From the IMG/VR virus record IMGVR_UViG_3300045988_180399: DNA of 64,000 bases; one strand, 5' to 3'. Positions 63,429 to 64,000 of the stretch are shown piece by piece. The DNA is from a virus. Made by a program: the position numbers and the translations under genes. Position 1 is the first letter of the stretch. The number at the start of each line of letters is the position of its first letter. The notes under the pieces are model-generated. The model was not told the origin of the DNA. It saw only the letters and a list, made by a program, of their open reading frames with translations, and did not search any database.

Positions 63429-64000
63429 ATGTTGAGCAATGTGAAACTGACTGCGGCCAATGTCCCACACAAGGAAAGCCTGACCACGGAAGAGAAGGCA
63501 ACTCTTTGGAAGAACATTTCTTCAGCCCTTATTGAGACTGGTCGTCCAGGCATCAAGCGACTCCTGAACTGGATGCAGTCGGACTGTGGAAACGGCGTGA
63601 TGAACTATGTCAATGCGCCCGCATCTACGAAGTACCACGGGAACTATCCTGGCGGTTTGATGGAGCATTCCTGGAATGTTTATGTATGGCTGACTATCAT
63701 CGTAGGCAACGCCAACTCTATGAAGGACGCCGACGCGCAACTTCAAACTGAGGAAAGCAATGCCATGATGACGTCTGTTGCCATCGTCGCGCTTCTCCAT
63801 GACATCTGCAAGGTCGGGTTCTATTCGATGGAGCCGAAGAACCGGAAGACGTATGACGCGGAGAAGGTGAAAAACGCTCTCCAGAAGGACGTGAAGCACG
63901 ACAGCCTCGGAGACTTCATCTGGGAGACTGTCATGAGCTACACTGTGACCGATACACACAAGTTCGGCCACGGAGAGTCCTCCGTTGCCATTATCGAGAA
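63429..64000 (+). CDS. HD-domain phosphohydrolase-like protein (3' partial, continues beyond window)
   Basis: 190+ aa; His...HD pattern (KYHGNYPGGLMEHSWNV ... ALLHDICK). Confidence 0.45.
   Translation, partial: MLSNVKLTAANVPHKESLTTEEKATLWKNISSALIETGRPGIKRLLNWMQSDCGNGVMNYVNAPASTKYHGNYPGGLMEHSWNVYVWLTIIVGNANSMKDADAQLQTEESNAMMTSVAIVALLHDICKVGFYSMEPKNRKTYDAEKVKNALQKDVKHDSLGDFIWETVMSYTVTDTHKFGHGESSVAIIE

Overview
This 64 kb window, about 55% GC, looks like part of a large conjugative element (plasmid or ICE) from a Gram-positive, Clostridia-like host. Almost every gene is on the + strand. I saw no rRNA, tRNA or CRISPR array. The layout, left to right:

1. 1-3.4 kb: the end of a cassette array. 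A truncated copy of a repeated leader element sits at the window edge, followed by a hypothetical protein, an ERF-like single-strand annealing protein, and a zinc-finger/Toprim primase.
2. 3.6-17.9 kb: a Firmicutes-type (MPF_FA-like) type IV secretion system. It has a TrbC/VirB2-like pilin, a VirB6-like protein, a CHAP plus lysozyme-like cell-wall hydrolase, a VirD4 coupling protein, a TraF-like signal peptidase I, a TcpE/VirB3-like protein and a VirB4 ATPase.
3. 17.9-38.9 kb: accessory and maintenance genes. These include a NERD nuclease-domain protein, a YwbE-like protein, a flotillin, an XRE-family HTH regulator, UNG, a UvrD-like helicase, an ASCH protein, a PD-(D/E)XK-like protein, a DUF1064 protein and two sigma-70-family proteins. 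Most sit behind a recurring host-type promoter of the form TTGACW-N17-TGTGGTATAAT.
4. 39-64 kb: an array of one-directional, cassette-like operons. Each ends in a strong intrinsic terminator. Each is preceded by the same roughly 170 bp structured leader module, which I count 8 times including the truncated copy at position 1.

The cassette cargo is mostly small unknown proteins. Recognisable members are a radical-SAM enzyme, a YqaJ-like exonuclease, a RecD2-like helicase, an SSB-like protein, a highly acidic protein, an SLH-anchored giant surface protein and an HD hydrolase.

The most interesting unexplained feature is this repeated leader module and the modular gene array it heads. It lies directly downstream of two element-encoded sigma factors. 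I propose it is a dedicated regulatory or ssDNA-promoter system controlling a leading-region-like island for establishment and anti-defence.
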